A stretch of 64,000 nucleotides of DNA, taken from positions 64,001-128,000 of the IMG/VR virus record IMGVR_UViG_3300044959_000131; one strand, 5' to 3'. This document shows, one piece after another, positions 52,201 through 60,437 of the stretch. Source of the stretch: a virus. Below the pieces are notes generated by a model, which was given only the letters and a program-made list of their open reading frames with translations, searched no databases and had not been told where the DNA came from. The number at the start of each line of letters is the position of its first letter. Within the stretch, counting starts at the first letter, position 1. A program made the translations under genes and the position numbers.

Positions 52201-54273
52201 GTTGGTGACGAAGTTATCACCCACACTGGATCTACAAAAAGGGTCGTTCGTCTACTACCTAGCACGGCTCACGACGGGCTGATCAAGATTACGGCTTATG
52301 GATTTGGAGACATATTAGCTACTCCAAATCACCCATTCATGATTGGAAGGACAAAGACCGGTGTGAAAGGAGGTCGTAAGGCACAGCTCGACGAGTCGCC
52401 GCCAGATTGGGTCGCCGCAGAAGACGTTCAGCAATTCGACACTGTCTTTCTGCCAATTCCAAAAATTGAGCTCTCCAAGGATTCAAAATACAGCAATGCA
52501 CGCGTCGGGTGGTTACTCGGGCTCTACCTAGCAGAAGGGTCCCCAAGCTTCTCTCCTGGTGTCGCGCATCCGAAATCAGTCACGTTGTCAGTCAACGTAA
52601 GCGAATCCTTTGAGGACCGCGTCAAGGAAGCCGTAACTTTGATGGGAGGCGACGCCGCAGACGTTAGCGTCTGCGTATCAGAGGAGCGACACAGCAAGAG
52701 TATTCGAATCAACAATAGAGAGATTGCTGAGTGGCTTCTACTGATGGGTGGGCGTGGTAGTCACACTAAGACGCTCAATCCTGCAGTTTGGCATCTGGGA
52801 GAAGAATTTGCTAGGGGTGTTCTTCTCGGTTGGTGTGATGGAGATGGTAGCACTGGTGATAACGTAACAAGGATCGCAACTTCGTCTGAATCCCTTGCGA
52901 GGCAGATGCAACTTCTTGCTGCATCTTGTGGGATTCTATCAGGTCTTAAGCTATACTCTCGTGATACCAATTTCTGCCACCAGGATATTTGGTATCTCAC
53001 GTTCTCGGGAGATGCCTCGGCGGCTCTTCGTGAGCAACGTCCCCAGGAAGTTTTTGAGAATCAGTCCAAGCTCTTCTTCTGGAAGAATTACCTCTGCTCT
53101 ACTGTCAGAAGAGTTGAAGAAGTTCCATACCATGGAGACGTCTTCAACTTTGAAGTCGAGGATGACCACTCATACGTAGCCGGATGCTTTGCGGTTCATA
53201 ATTGCCATCACATGATGCCTCCTCCAGAGCTGAGGAGTGTATACGGACCGAACAAGATTCTCCCCGATGGCCGTCGCATCTACGTCATCAACACGATGCC
53301 GAAGTTCTTCGACATCAGTTTTGTATTCATTGGTGCAGACAAGACGGCGAAGGTGATGGCCAAGGTGGCATCCGTTGGAAACTCGGTTTGCCTTGGAGAA
53401 GTGTGCGCAATACCGAGACCGTCAGCCGTTGTTCACGAGCTCACTTCATCACCACCTTCTGAAGATGGATTCCGGAAGGTCGCTTCTGCAGATTGTTCTT
53501 GCGGATGTGGTGGGCCGTGTGATCCAATGTCAAAGCTTGCCGATGCGTTTGGTGCCACAAAGGTCGGGGAGATCATCAAGACCGTACCAGCTGGAAACTT
53601 TGCCAAGAACATCCTTCCAGCAATTGAGGCTTCAGAACCAGACCTACCAAAATCTCTTCTCAATGACCTGGCATCTAGGCACACAATTGGGGAGATTACG
53701 GGTCGCGCCGCCTCCCTTGGCATTGTGTTGAAGCCTGTTGAGTTCCAAAGGATTGTACTTGTAAGGATGGGAAATGGAGAACTGGCAGACGAGCTCGACG
53801 ACGAGTGCAACGTATTCAGACACGTCCAAGCTGTGGACGACTCAGTCCAACCAGACCCCCTACTTCCTGAAACTGGTCTCCTTCACCTGCTCCGTCGATT
53901 TATCTCAACTCGTTCGGGACTGGGGGAGCCACTCCGGATCCGGTCTGTTAAAGTTATGCTGGGCGTGAAAAAGCCTCTTCCCACCCGGACGCCGATCGAA
54001 CATCCTCTACTCGACAAAATCAGTGCCGCCTATAATGGGTATAGGCGGAACCTTCTGAAGAAACTTTCACAGGTCGAAAACGTGATCTACAACGACCCAT
54101 CGCTAAGAAAAGAGATCTTGGGGAATCGGTTGTCTAGCTTGTTCACAAAGACGGCCAACTCCCAAATCTTGTCTCACGATTCGTTGTCGTACATGATGGG
54201 CGCGTACTTCACGGATAGAGGCCTGTTGCTCAATACTGGCATTACTGATGTAGTGTCAGGTTTAATGGCCTAG
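49249..54273 (+). CDS. Prohead maturation protease precursor with three inteins (544 aa after splicing)
   Basis: Spliced extein reads ...GEYFG-SNINADYF...QHH...DVSMG-CKVPFDICSICG...DY-CHH...FFDISFV; lies immediately upstream of the scaffold and capsid genes. Confidence 0.82.
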   Translation: MKKQVQFRGHTEFGVFCRSLFGSSGAFEKIAGAPPFADWPTGEELRKYISKITKEDRKKYVYVLVNALGAGEYFGCFPAGSIVRSKRGDIPIEHVVVGDEVLTHRNRWRRVIATNRKFHDLGLVHLDVTGVPHLAPAISATPNHEVFVVPRDDLFRARRDILYKRGEMDWKSSYNEFVSSLNPDWMPIEFIRPGDFLFQPFPIETRNSDFAQKWGDHDFAYLMGLFAAEGCLAERYGRDRNKERSELVERIVFVIGDHEDHIVRNVQRIVEKHGRSVTVKRTPETKSIRLELCWKELAQACLEHIGCHSTEKSLSWDILTMPHGWQEAFLAPYVEGDGHFVENSKFERYNGSVVISTASKNLALDLRLLYARLGIVVSVNGRHNTKATWYNGNPIYTIHIGKTWAKDWNGSTRASSYIDKERGFIISPVRSVSHEKWSGEVFDLTVEEDSSYVVNGIVVHNSNINADYFPWNALAHEGDDYGYKTFLNAHAFQHHKNKDPTRAFGVPVLSVLNHPMKRVELIVRLDRAKAKEEQADGIITRIEAGEFPDVSMGCVPKYAKILRKDGRIVHIEEIREGDEVISHRGRAQRVVSTMVRRHKGTIFHIKPYGHRDALILTEEHPLWIVRAEQMECRPSSKSINQGRRQHVCTPDSHLTKKGCSGCLTRPSFKFEWVRADEVSEGDYLAMPIPTFEAERKFTAVEARLLGYYLAEGYVLKNNSGEAIGVEFCTGLNEIETHDELRKLATLSGLADKVVERDIPERNGKYIAIWDRNLADLCSTHCGSGAKTKFLSASLMGADEETLQLFIGAYANGDGGCYEGSIYFSTASEQLADQLRILLARLRCIASVNEIVHKPSKLVNTETVEFQVRVGKDSAWRLTGSRFSPGRSEKICNKRFFYDFEGTTYLMTPIERIDEVEYDDDVYNFGVENDDSYLIDGLAVHNCKVPFDICSICGQKSKTRLDYCFPPGTPILMADGQFKAIEEVRVGDEVITHTGSTKRVVRLLPSTAHDGLIKITAYGFGDILATPNHPFMIGRTKTGVKGGRKAQLDESPPDWVAAEDVQQFDTVFLPIPKIELSKDSKYSNARVGWLLGLYLAEGSPSFSPGVAHPKSVTLSVNVSESFEDRVKEAVTLMGGDAADVSVCVSEERHSKSIRINNREIAEWLLLMGGRGSHTKTLNPAVWHLGEEFARGVLLGWCDGDGSTGDNVTRIATSSESLARQMQLLAASCGILSGLKLYSRDTNFCHQDIWYLTFSGDASAALREQRPQEVFENQSKLFFWKNYLCSTVRRVEEVPYHGDVFNFEVEDDHSYVAGCFAVHNCHHMMPPPELRSVYGPNKILPDGRRIYVINTMPKFFDISFVFIGADKTAKVMAKVASVGNSVCLGEVCAIPRPSAVVHELTSSPPSEDGFRKVASADCSCGCGGPCDPMSKLADAFGATKVGEIIKTVPAGNFAKNILPAIEASEPDLPKSLLNDLASRHTIGEITGRAASLGIVLKPVEFQRIVLVRMGNGELADELDDECNVFRHVQAVDDSVQPDPLLPETGLLHLLRRFISTRSGLGEPLRIRSVKVMLGVKKPLPTRTPIEHPLLDKISAAYNGYRRNLLKKLSQVENVIYNDPSLRKEILGNRLSSLFTKTANSQILSHDSLSYMMGAYFTDRGLLLNTGITDVVSGLMA
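49474..50631 (+). mobile_element. Intein 1 with LAGLIDADG endonuclease (386 aa)
   Basis: CFPAGSIV...VVHN, Ser+1; LMGLFAAEG and YVEGDG. Confidence 0.93.
50908..52071 (+). mobile_element. Intein 2 with LAGLIDADG endonuclease (388 aa)
   Basis: CVPKYAKI...AVHN, Cys+1; LLGYYLAEG and YANGDG. Confidence 0.93.
52135..53202 (+). mobile_element. Intein 3 with LAGLIDADG endonuclease (356 aa)
   Basis: CFPPGTPI...AVHN, Cys+1; LLGLYLAEG and WCDGDG. Confidence 0.93.
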
Positions 54274-54335
54274 AGGTCCTAACCTCGAAGATGGCAATCG
54301 ACTCATAACAACCACAACACGGAGAACTAGAAACA

Positions 54336-55004
54336 ATGGATCCAAGACTTGCAGAAATCTACGGAACCAACGAGGACATCAGCGACACTGAGAAGCTAGC
54401 CGCTGCCAAGCTGGCAGAGGAGCTCGCGGACGATGACGAGATCGACCTCGACGGAATGTCCGATGAGGAAATCGAAGCCCTCGCTAGAGAAGTCCTAGAG
54501 GGTGACGACAGCGACGATGACGACGAGTACGATGATGCCGCTGAGAAGGTCGCCGAGGCCGACTACCTTGGGCGTGTAATGGCACACGCCTACGTACAGG
54601 AACTAAAGAGCATCGAAAAGGCGGCTGCTCCGGAGCCGTCGGCGGCGACGGCGCTCGCGAAAAGGTCAAGGCTGAGAGAATACTACGGCAAGGGCAAGAT
54701 GCAGCTCGAGCGGGCATTGAAGGCCATTAAGTCCCATCCGAAGACCACAGCAGGAGTCGCCACTGGTCTAGCTGGTCTCGGTGCTGGTGCGTACCTGCTT
54801 AGCAGAAAGAAGGGGAAGCGTAAGCACGCCTCGGCCACTCCGGCGCTCGATGCACTCGCCGAGCAGAGGGCACTTGAGATTCTAGAGGAAAATGGAATCG
54901 ACGTAAACGATGAGAGCGATTCGAAGTACGATGTTCTCGCTCAGGCCGTTGAGTTACGTGCTCGGGAGATGCTCGAAGACGCAGGATACGAGTTCGAGGA
55001 CTAA
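54336..55004 (+). CDS. Acidic scaffold-like or core protein
   Basis: Highly acidic helices, KLAA/KVAE/KAAA/KHAS, and one central basic-hydrophobic segment. Confidence 0.75.
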   Translation: MDPRLAEIYGTNEDISDTEKLAAAKLAEELADDDEIDLDGMSDEEIEALAREVLEGDDSDDDDEYDDAAEKVAEADYLGRVMAHAYVQELKSIEKAAAPEPSAATALAKRSRLREYYGKGKMQLERALKAIKSHPKTTAGVATGLAGLGAGAYLLSRKKGKRKHASATPALDALAEQRALEILEENGIDVNDESDSKYDVLAQAVELRAREMLEDAGYEFED

Positions 55005-55019
55005 TACCAGTTCTGACGG

Positions 55020-55066
55020 TTGGGGATTCCTGGGAATTGGTATTTCTCAATCCCAGGAATCCCCAA
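55020..55066. repeat. Perfect 16-bp inverted repeat (long intergenic hairpin)
   Basis: TTGGGGATTCCTGGGA (55020-55035) and TCCCAGGAATCCCCAA (55051-55066) with a 15-nt spacer. Confidence 0.9.
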
Positions 55067-55084
55067 TCTGAGAGGTCAACGACA

Positions 55085-55345
55085 ATGCCCAAGTGGCATA
55101 TCAGTTTGGGTACTGTCTTGGGCTTCTCAGATGAGCTTCAGAAGATTGCGATGTCATTTAAACCGACATCTTTTGGAGACGTGAGGAAGGAAGTGTCGTA
55201 CGCGGGAACAGCACTAGCGAGGCGAAAGCCAAGCTATGCAAAGGTCAATAAACAGCAGACACTACCGGCATCGTCATCAGAGCTCACTGAGAGCGCAAAG
55301 ACTGTTCAACCACCCCCTGCGACGATGCCCGGGGGAGATTTGTAG
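55085..55345 (+). CDS. Small head-associated protein with GFSDELQKIA cassette
   Basis: GAGAGG site before ATG 55085; the track's 55037 start lies inside the hairpin. Confidence 0.7.
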   Translation: MPKWHISLGTVLGFSDELQKIAMSFKPTSFGDVRKEVSYAGTALARRKPSYAKVNKQQTLPASSSELTESAKTVQPPPATMPGGDL

Positions 55346-55351
55346 GAGACC

Positions 55352-56359
55352 ATGATGCACACCAAGCTCGCCGGTCACATTCCCCTGCACGAGATGATTG
55401 CAAACACCATCAATAGTGCTCGCAACAAGCTCGCTGCCGAAGGTGCGGAGTCAAAGGAAGAGGCCAAGAAGGTTCTTCCATTCATGAAGAAGAAGGAAGA
55501 GAAGAAGGAAGAGAAGGAGAAGGCGTCATCTGCCTTCGACTTCTCTGACCCAGATGAACTTTTGAAGCTAGCATCTGTTCTTTATGAGCTCGGAGACAAG
55601 CTTGCTGACTCGAAATACGTCGGCGGCGAGAAGAGTCAAGGTGGAGAAGTTCTTCCAACCGCCTCTGCTGTCCCAGGAAAGCAGCAATACACGAAGGACT
55701 CTTCAAAGTCTCACAACATTCCAGCCAGCACTCCTGAGAAGTCAACGTCTGACAATCCAGGAGCAGCGACCGCAACTGAGACGGATGACAGGCCAGGTAA
55801 GCTTCTAAGGTACCTACGAGCCAAATACCCAAATAAGGGTGTGTTGAGAACGTCTCCAGAAGCTGGTCAGGAGAAAAAGTCTTCAGCTCTAGAATACATC
55901 CTCGGTAAGGTAGCTACGTTCGGCGCTCAAGAAAAGAGCATGGGTGGGGAGACGCTGGACAGCGCCTCAGAGCAGGGTCCAAAGCCTCCTTCTGACTCGA
56001 AGGGTGGAAACGATGCTCGGAGCCACATCCGATCGAACAAAGCCGCCATCGATATGAAGAAGGTGGAAGGCAAAAACCCACAAAAGAGGATGTTATCTGA
56101 AGTACTGACGGAGCCAGCCCAATCGAAGGCTCATGACTCAAAGGTTCACGAGAATCTGCGCAATGCCTCCAAAGGGGGCGTGAAGATCGCAGTAGCAAAG
56201 GCCTTCCTTCAGAAGATTGCTGCGGATGAGTGCCATCCGCAGCATGAGAAGTTGAAGGAAGCGTTGAAGAAGCGTCTGGAGAAGAAGAGCATGGGTGGTC
56301 TTGGAATGGGAGCACCAATGCCGACCACTCCTCCTGCTCCGATGCCAATGGCTCGGTAA
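55352..56359 (+). CDS. Scaffold or core-like low-complexity protein with many K-x-A motifs
   Basis: 335 aa; Lys/Glu/Ser-rich; KLAG, KLAA, KASS, KLAS, KVAT, KIAV and KIAA. Confidence 0.75.
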   Translation: MMHTKLAGHIPLHEMIANTINSARNKLAAEGAESKEEAKKVLPFMKKKEEKKEEKEKASSAFDFSDPDELLKLASVLYELGDKLADSKYVGGEKSQGGEVLPTASAVPGKQQYTKDSSKSHNIPASTPEKSTSDNPGAATATETDDRPGKLLRYLRAKYPNKGVLRTSPEAGQEKKSSALEYILGKVATFGAQEKSMGGETLDSASEQGPKPPSDSKGGNDARSHIRSNKAAIDMKKVEGKNPQKRMLSEVLTEPAQSKAHDSKVHENLRNASKGGVKIAVAKAFLQKIAADECHPQHEKLKEALKKRLEKKSMGGLGMGAPMPTTPPAPMPMAR

Positions 56360-56377
56360 AGAAGAAGGGAGACCGCC

Positions 56378-56752
56378 ATGGGTAAAATCGGAAAAGTTCA
56401 GATTGGACAGATGATGAAAGTCGCTGCCCACTCCATCCGGCTCCTTTCGGAGGAGAACCAGCGTCTCAGAGAGAAGGTCGCTCAATTCGAGCACCGGGCA
56501 CGTGTCGAGAAGGTGGCCTCGCTCATGGAGGAGAAGGGCCTTCAGCCCGAGCTCTCCTTCGAAGAGAAGGTCGCAGTACTTTCTCAGAAGGACAACCTGG
56601 ATGTCATCGAAGAGGCCGTAAATCTCTCGGCGCCACAGTTCAAACTTGCCTCCGTCGATGAGGGAGGAAGAGTGACTGTGGAGGGTGGATCGGAAATGGA
56701 CAGCTCTGCTGCGGAGAACAACTTCGCAGCAGCGCTCGCAGGACTGGACTGA
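56378..56752 (+). CDS. Scaffold-like coiled-coil protein
   Basis: KVAA, KVAQ, KVAS, KVAV and KLAS within 124 aa; two genes upstream of the capsid gene. Confidence 0.75.
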   Translation: MGKIGKVQIGQMMKVAAHSIRLLSEENQRLREKVAQFEHRARVEKVASLMEEKGLQPELSFEEKVAVLSQKDNLDVIEEAVNLSAPQFKLASVDEGGRVTVEGGSEMDSSAAENNFAAALAGLD

Positions 56753-56797
56753 CCCATCTCACAGGTCTAAACATCAACTTTGAAGGAGATTTGAAAC

Positions 56798-57292
56798 ATG
56801 TCAGCACCACTTTTTCAACTTGTGACGGAGCTTCAAACCCTCACACGCCGCGATTTTCCTGCGGCTGATGAGACTTCTCTAAACCCACTAAGTGCTCGTC
56901 CTCTCGTCGATGGAGAGTGGCTCGAACTTGATTCGAACTACAAGCTTGCTCGTGGAGGCGACAACAACGCTGCAACGCCGGACGAAGGTTTGTCAATGAA
57001 CACCTTCGTCGTCCATACAGAGCGTGGCAGATATGACGTACAGGCAATCAGAAAGGTCAACGTTCTGATGCTTGGAATGTACGAAGCTGAAACTCAGGTT
57101 GTGGACACGACTGGACTAGCTCTTGGGGATGCCTTGACCGTTCAAGACATCTTGATTGGAGGTGTCGTTCGTCGTGGTCTGAAGAAGGCCGGAGCAACTC
57201 CGGGTCGTGTAGTTGTAGGATACGTCTCGAAGCTTTACCCCTCGGGTCCGGCCAAGGTTCGTTTTGTCCACATGGCGAACACCAAGTACTAA
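56798..57292 (+). CDS. Probable capsid decoration/cement protein
   Basis: 164-aa beta-rich Gly-containing protein directly before the capsid gene; AAGGAG site. Confidence 0.6.
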   Translation: MSAPLFQLVTELQTLTRRDFPAADETSLNPLSARPLVDGEWLELDSNYKLARGGDNNAATPDEGLSMNTFVVHTERGRYDVQAIRKVNVLMLGMYEAETQVVDTTGLALGDALTVQDILIGGVVRRGLKKAGATPGRVVVGYVSKLYPSGPAKVRFVHMANTKY

Positions 57293-57334
57293 TAAATCCA
57301 GGTGACCATTTAACAAAGTTCAGGAGAAATCAAC

Positions 57335-58453
57335 ATGAGCGCTGTTCCAGCAAGAGTCCTCAACGACCTGTTCTTCGAAAAGGTCGCCACCACAGATGGC
57401 AAGGAGAAGATTGCCGAGTTCGGTGGAACATACATCCGAGACCGCCTGCGTGAGGTATCATTCGCACGCAAGATCCTTCCTCCTCAGCCGGTTCAACGGA
57501 CTGAGTGTCAGAGGTCTGTGAACCACGACACCTTGGTCAAGATCGTCGACATCGAGCCAAACTCGAAGGCCGTCGCCTTGACATTCCGTGGCCAACCGAC
57601 TGCTCGCTTCATCCGTGCTCCTCGTTTCGAGATTCCGTTCTTCACGATCTCGTCCGAGAAGTTCGAGAAGACGGAGCAGGAACTTCTGGCTTACGAGATG
57701 CCCATCACCAAGATCATCGAGGAGAACTCGGTGAAGGACATCCAAGAGATCGAGGACCGTCAATTCCTCATCTACGTCGAGGCGGCTGTTCAGGCTATGC
57801 AACTCGATGCCAATGGTGGGGTCCCGGCGCCATTCAATGTCTCAAACCTTGGAACAACTGTCGCTTCTTCAGTGGTCAAGGGTGACGGTGCAATTGCAGC
57901 CGGTGCAAACAACTTCGTCTCATACCCCATCCTGAAGCCGGACCTCATCAAGCTGAAGAAGCTACTGCACCGCCGCAAGCTGCGTGCAGAGAGGATGATC
58001 ATCACCGAGCCTGACTACGATGACATCTCGGCCTGGACCATCCAGGACGTTGGCATGACCATCGCTGGTGAGACCTCGGTCGAGGGATGGAAGGCGTCGA
58101 CAGTGGTCGGGTTGAAGATCATCCGCACCATCAAGACCGACATCCTTCGTGAGGGCAACGTGTACTGCTTCACGGCGCCGGAGTTCTTGGGCCGGTTCTA
58201 CGTTCTGAACCAGACCAAGTTCTACATCGACAAGATTGCGAACCTCATCACCTGGCAGTCGTGGGAGGACATCGCAATTGGCATCGGTAACATCGCGTCC
58301 GTTGTCAAGCTTGAGCTCTACGGAGGATCGGTCACGCCAGGAGCGACCGACCCAGGCTACACCTCCAAGCTGCCTGTCGATGAGAGCGACCTCGGTGCAG
58401 TGAACAACAGAGCTGATGCAGGACTAACGGTACCAGCAGTAGACCAGTTCTGA
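57335..58453 (+). CDS. Major capsid protein (HK97 fold expected)
   Basis: 372 aa after protease, scaffold and decoration genes; RLREVSFARKILPPQPV N-arm pattern; CAGGAG site; followed by a terminator. Confidence 0.8.
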   Translation: MSAVPARVLNDLFFEKVATTDGKEKIAEFGGTYIRDRLREVSFARKILPPQPVQRTECQRSVNHDTLVKIVDIEPNSKAVALTFRGQPTARFIRAPRFEIPFFTISSEKFEKTEQELLAYEMPITKIIEENSVKDIQEIEDRQFLIYVEAAVQAMQLDANGGVPAPFNVSNLGTTVASSVVKGDGAIAAGANNFVSYPILKPDLIKLKKLLHRRKLRAERMIITEPDYDDISAWTIQDVGMTIAGETSVEGWKASTVVGLKIIRTIKTDILREGNVYCFTAPEFLGRFYVLNQTKFYIDKIANLITWQSWEDIAIGIGNIASVVKLELYGGSVTPGATDPGYTSKLPVDESDLGAVNNRADAGLTVPAVDQF

Positions 58454-58477
58454 AATCGATAGTATGGTCTAACATTG

Positions 58478-58507
58478 GGGAGGGAGAGAAACCTCCCTCC
58501 CTTTCTT
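58478..58507 (+). terminator. Rho-independent terminator after the major capsid gene
   Basis: GGGAGGGAG/CTCCCTCCC 9-bp stem, 6-nt loop, then TTTCTT. Confidence 0.8.
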
Positions 58508-58546
58508 GACTAAACCTGTCTGAAACAACAAGAGGAGACCTTACAA

Positions 58547-58906
58547 ATGTCAGTCGAGAAGATTGCATCGTATCTTGATGTCGACCCTGAAGACCTTGAG
58601 ATCATGGCACAGGAAGTTCTTGAGAAGGTCTCGAGTTCTGGACTCGGTCGCTATGCAGAGCTATTGGCGGGTGGAAAGAAAATGACCTTTTTGGCCCGCT
58701 CGAAAACGCCGGAGATGCTGACAGACACCCGTCCAGGTAACGTCCTTAGAGCCTTGCTACCTGGAAATCGTGTGACTCTAAAAGCTAAGCGTGAGGCACT
58801 CAAGTCTTTGGCAGCAAGACTTGGAACTGGTGGAGCTGTTGCTGCGGGCGCATACGGATTGAAGAAGCTTCGCGACAGGTACAAGAAGTCCAAGTCCAAG
58901 AGGTAA
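58547..58906 (+). CDS. Small basic head-associated protein
   Basis: EKIAS, EKVSS and LGTGGAVAAGAYGL followed by a Lys-rich end; GAGGAG site. Confidence 0.75.
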   Translation: MSVEKIASYLDVDPEDLEIMAQEVLEKVSSSGLGRYAELLAGGKKMTFLARSKTPEMLTDTRPGNVLRALLPGNRVTLKAKREALKSLAARLGTGGAVAAGAYGLKKLRDRYKKSKSKR

Positions 58907-58914
58907 TTATTGAC

Positions 58915-59379
58915 ATGTACTATGAGATCACTCGCGGCCTACGAGTCGGTAAGAGTCTCACTCCCGCACAGCGTACTTCATCACTATTCGCTGAGGAGCC
59001 TGTAGTACTTGGTCGGGTTTTGAGGCGTGGAGCCGGTCCAATCCGTATCAGTCCAGAAGATTTCGAGCGCAACAAGGTTCAGCTCCTACGACTTGAACGA
59101 GCCGGGTCAATAATCATCAAACCTCCACAAGACAAACCACAGGACAAAGACGTCTCGATCACAGAATCTGTTGGTTTGGAGTCTCCAAAAATCACACAGG
59201 CTGATAATTCTTCTACAGGTACAGAACCTACAGCTGATGAGACAATGAAGGCCACTGAAATACAACAGACCGAGTCCATCATCTCTGAAGAGCCACCTGC
59301 TACGACTGCTGTGGAAGACACCAAACCTGATACTACGTCGGTAGACGAACAGCCTCGAAAGAAGAAGCGGAAGGAATGA
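58915..59379 (+). CDS. Hypothetical protein with a Thr/Glu-rich disordered tail
   Basis: Operon-packed ORF. Confidence 0.7.
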   Translation: MYYEITRGLRVGKSLTPAQRTSSLFAEEPVVLGRVLRRGAGPIRISPEDFERNKVQLLRLERAGSIIIKPPQDKPQDKDVSITESVGLESPKITQADNSSTGTEPTADETMKATEIQQTESIISEEPPATTAVEDTKPDTTSVDEQPRKKKRKE

Positions 59380-59741
59380 TGATGAAGGTTTTCAATCTCA
59401 CCGACCAAATAGTGGACTACCGTGGGAAGGTGATTCCGCCATACGGGTCGGAAGAGTACGACATCACATTCATCCCGGACCGCGACAGAGCATTGGAGAA
59501 GAACGGCATCCTCTCATTTGGCGCCCTTCCAAAATGGTGGAGAAAGCCAGAACAGCATTCGCCTGTTAATACTGAACCATCGAACCAGATGGAAGTCAGT
59601 AAGGAAATACACAGTTCGACACAAGAGACAAACGAGGAAGTAAAAGAAGCTAGACTCGAAGTTATTGACGAAGTGAAGGTCGTGGAAAAGTCGTCAATTT
59701 CAAACGATGAAAAGAGCGCCTACAAAAAGAAGCGATTCTAA
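59376..59741 (+). CDS. Hypothetical protein with an acidic tail
   Basis: ATGA overlap with the upstream stop. Confidence 0.7.
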   Translation: MMMKVFNLTDQIVDYRGKVIPPYGSEEYDITFIPDRDRALEKNGILSFGALPKWWRKPEQHSPVNTEPSNQMEVSKEIHSSTQETNEEVKEARLEVIDEVKVVEKSSISNDEKSAYKKKRF

Positions 59742-59754
59742 CGAGAGATAGTCC

Positions 59755-60249
59755 ATGGCTGTCGATGTCAACGCATCCAATCTTCCGAATGCGGACCTCG
59801 AACTGAATGCCATGGTTGCCCAGGTTCGGGCGTTTCTCAGAGACTACGCCGAGCTCAACCGTCTCATCGCTGGAGTCGAGAACTCAAACAGACAGATTGT
59901 GTGGGCCATCTTTGACGCTCTAGACGATTTCAACACGACTCCACCGTTCACGTTCTTCGGAATTTCGAACTTCCCATCCAAGAGTCTTCTCGTACGTGGA
60001 ACGGTTATCAGTCTCCTTGAGTCTGTCGGCCTCTTACAAACTAGAAATCACCTCTCGTTCTCTGATGGTGGTCTACAGGTCGGCGTCAGCGATAAGACAC
60101 CATTCATCCAGTCCTGGATTCAGCTCTTCAGGAACTCATACGAAGAGAAGAAGCTGCGGTTGAAGGTGGCCTACAATATTGAATCGGCTTGGGGTGGTGG
60201 GATTCACTCAGAGTACCGGTTCGTCAACAACTTCTACGGTGAGTGGTGA
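59755..60249 (+). CDS. Probable head-completion/neck protein
   Basis: 164 aa helical protein downstream of the capsid gene. Function inferred from position only. Confidence 0.55.
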   Translation: MAVDVNASNLPNADLELNAMVAQVRAFLRDYAELNRLIAGVENSNRQIVWAIFDALDDFNTTPPFTFFGISNFPSKSLLVRGTVISLLESVGLLQTRNHLSFSDGGLQVGVSDKTPFIQSWIQLFRNSYEEKKLRLKVAYNIESAWGGGIHSEYRFVNNFYGEW

Positions 60250-60252
60250 TAC

Positions 60253-60399
60253 ATGGCTGTTGCACTCAAAGTTCGCTCCTTTAAGAGCTACAACGACCTC
60301 ACGTCCTTCGCTGCTGACCCCGCAAATAACGTCAATACGATCGTATCGATTCAGCACGACGCGGTGAGTGGAGAATGGGTTCTGTTCTTCCTGAGCTAG
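60253..60399 (+). CDS. 48-aa hypothetical protein (below the ORF-track cutoff)
   Basis: ATG 60253 gives MAVALKVRSFKSYNDLTSFAADPANNVNTIVSIQHDAVSGEWVLFFLS; TAG at 60397; fills the gap. Confidence 0.6.
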   Translation: MAVALKVRSFKSYNDLTSFAADPANNVNTIVSIQHDAVSGEWVLFFLS

Positions 60400-60437
60400 T
60401 TCCGACACACAACATCTTCAGTTACTATTGGTGATGG

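Noticed and set aside
55020-55066. tRNA or terminator at the long hairpin
   Set aside because: A single stem with no cloverleaf and no adjacent U-tract on either strand.
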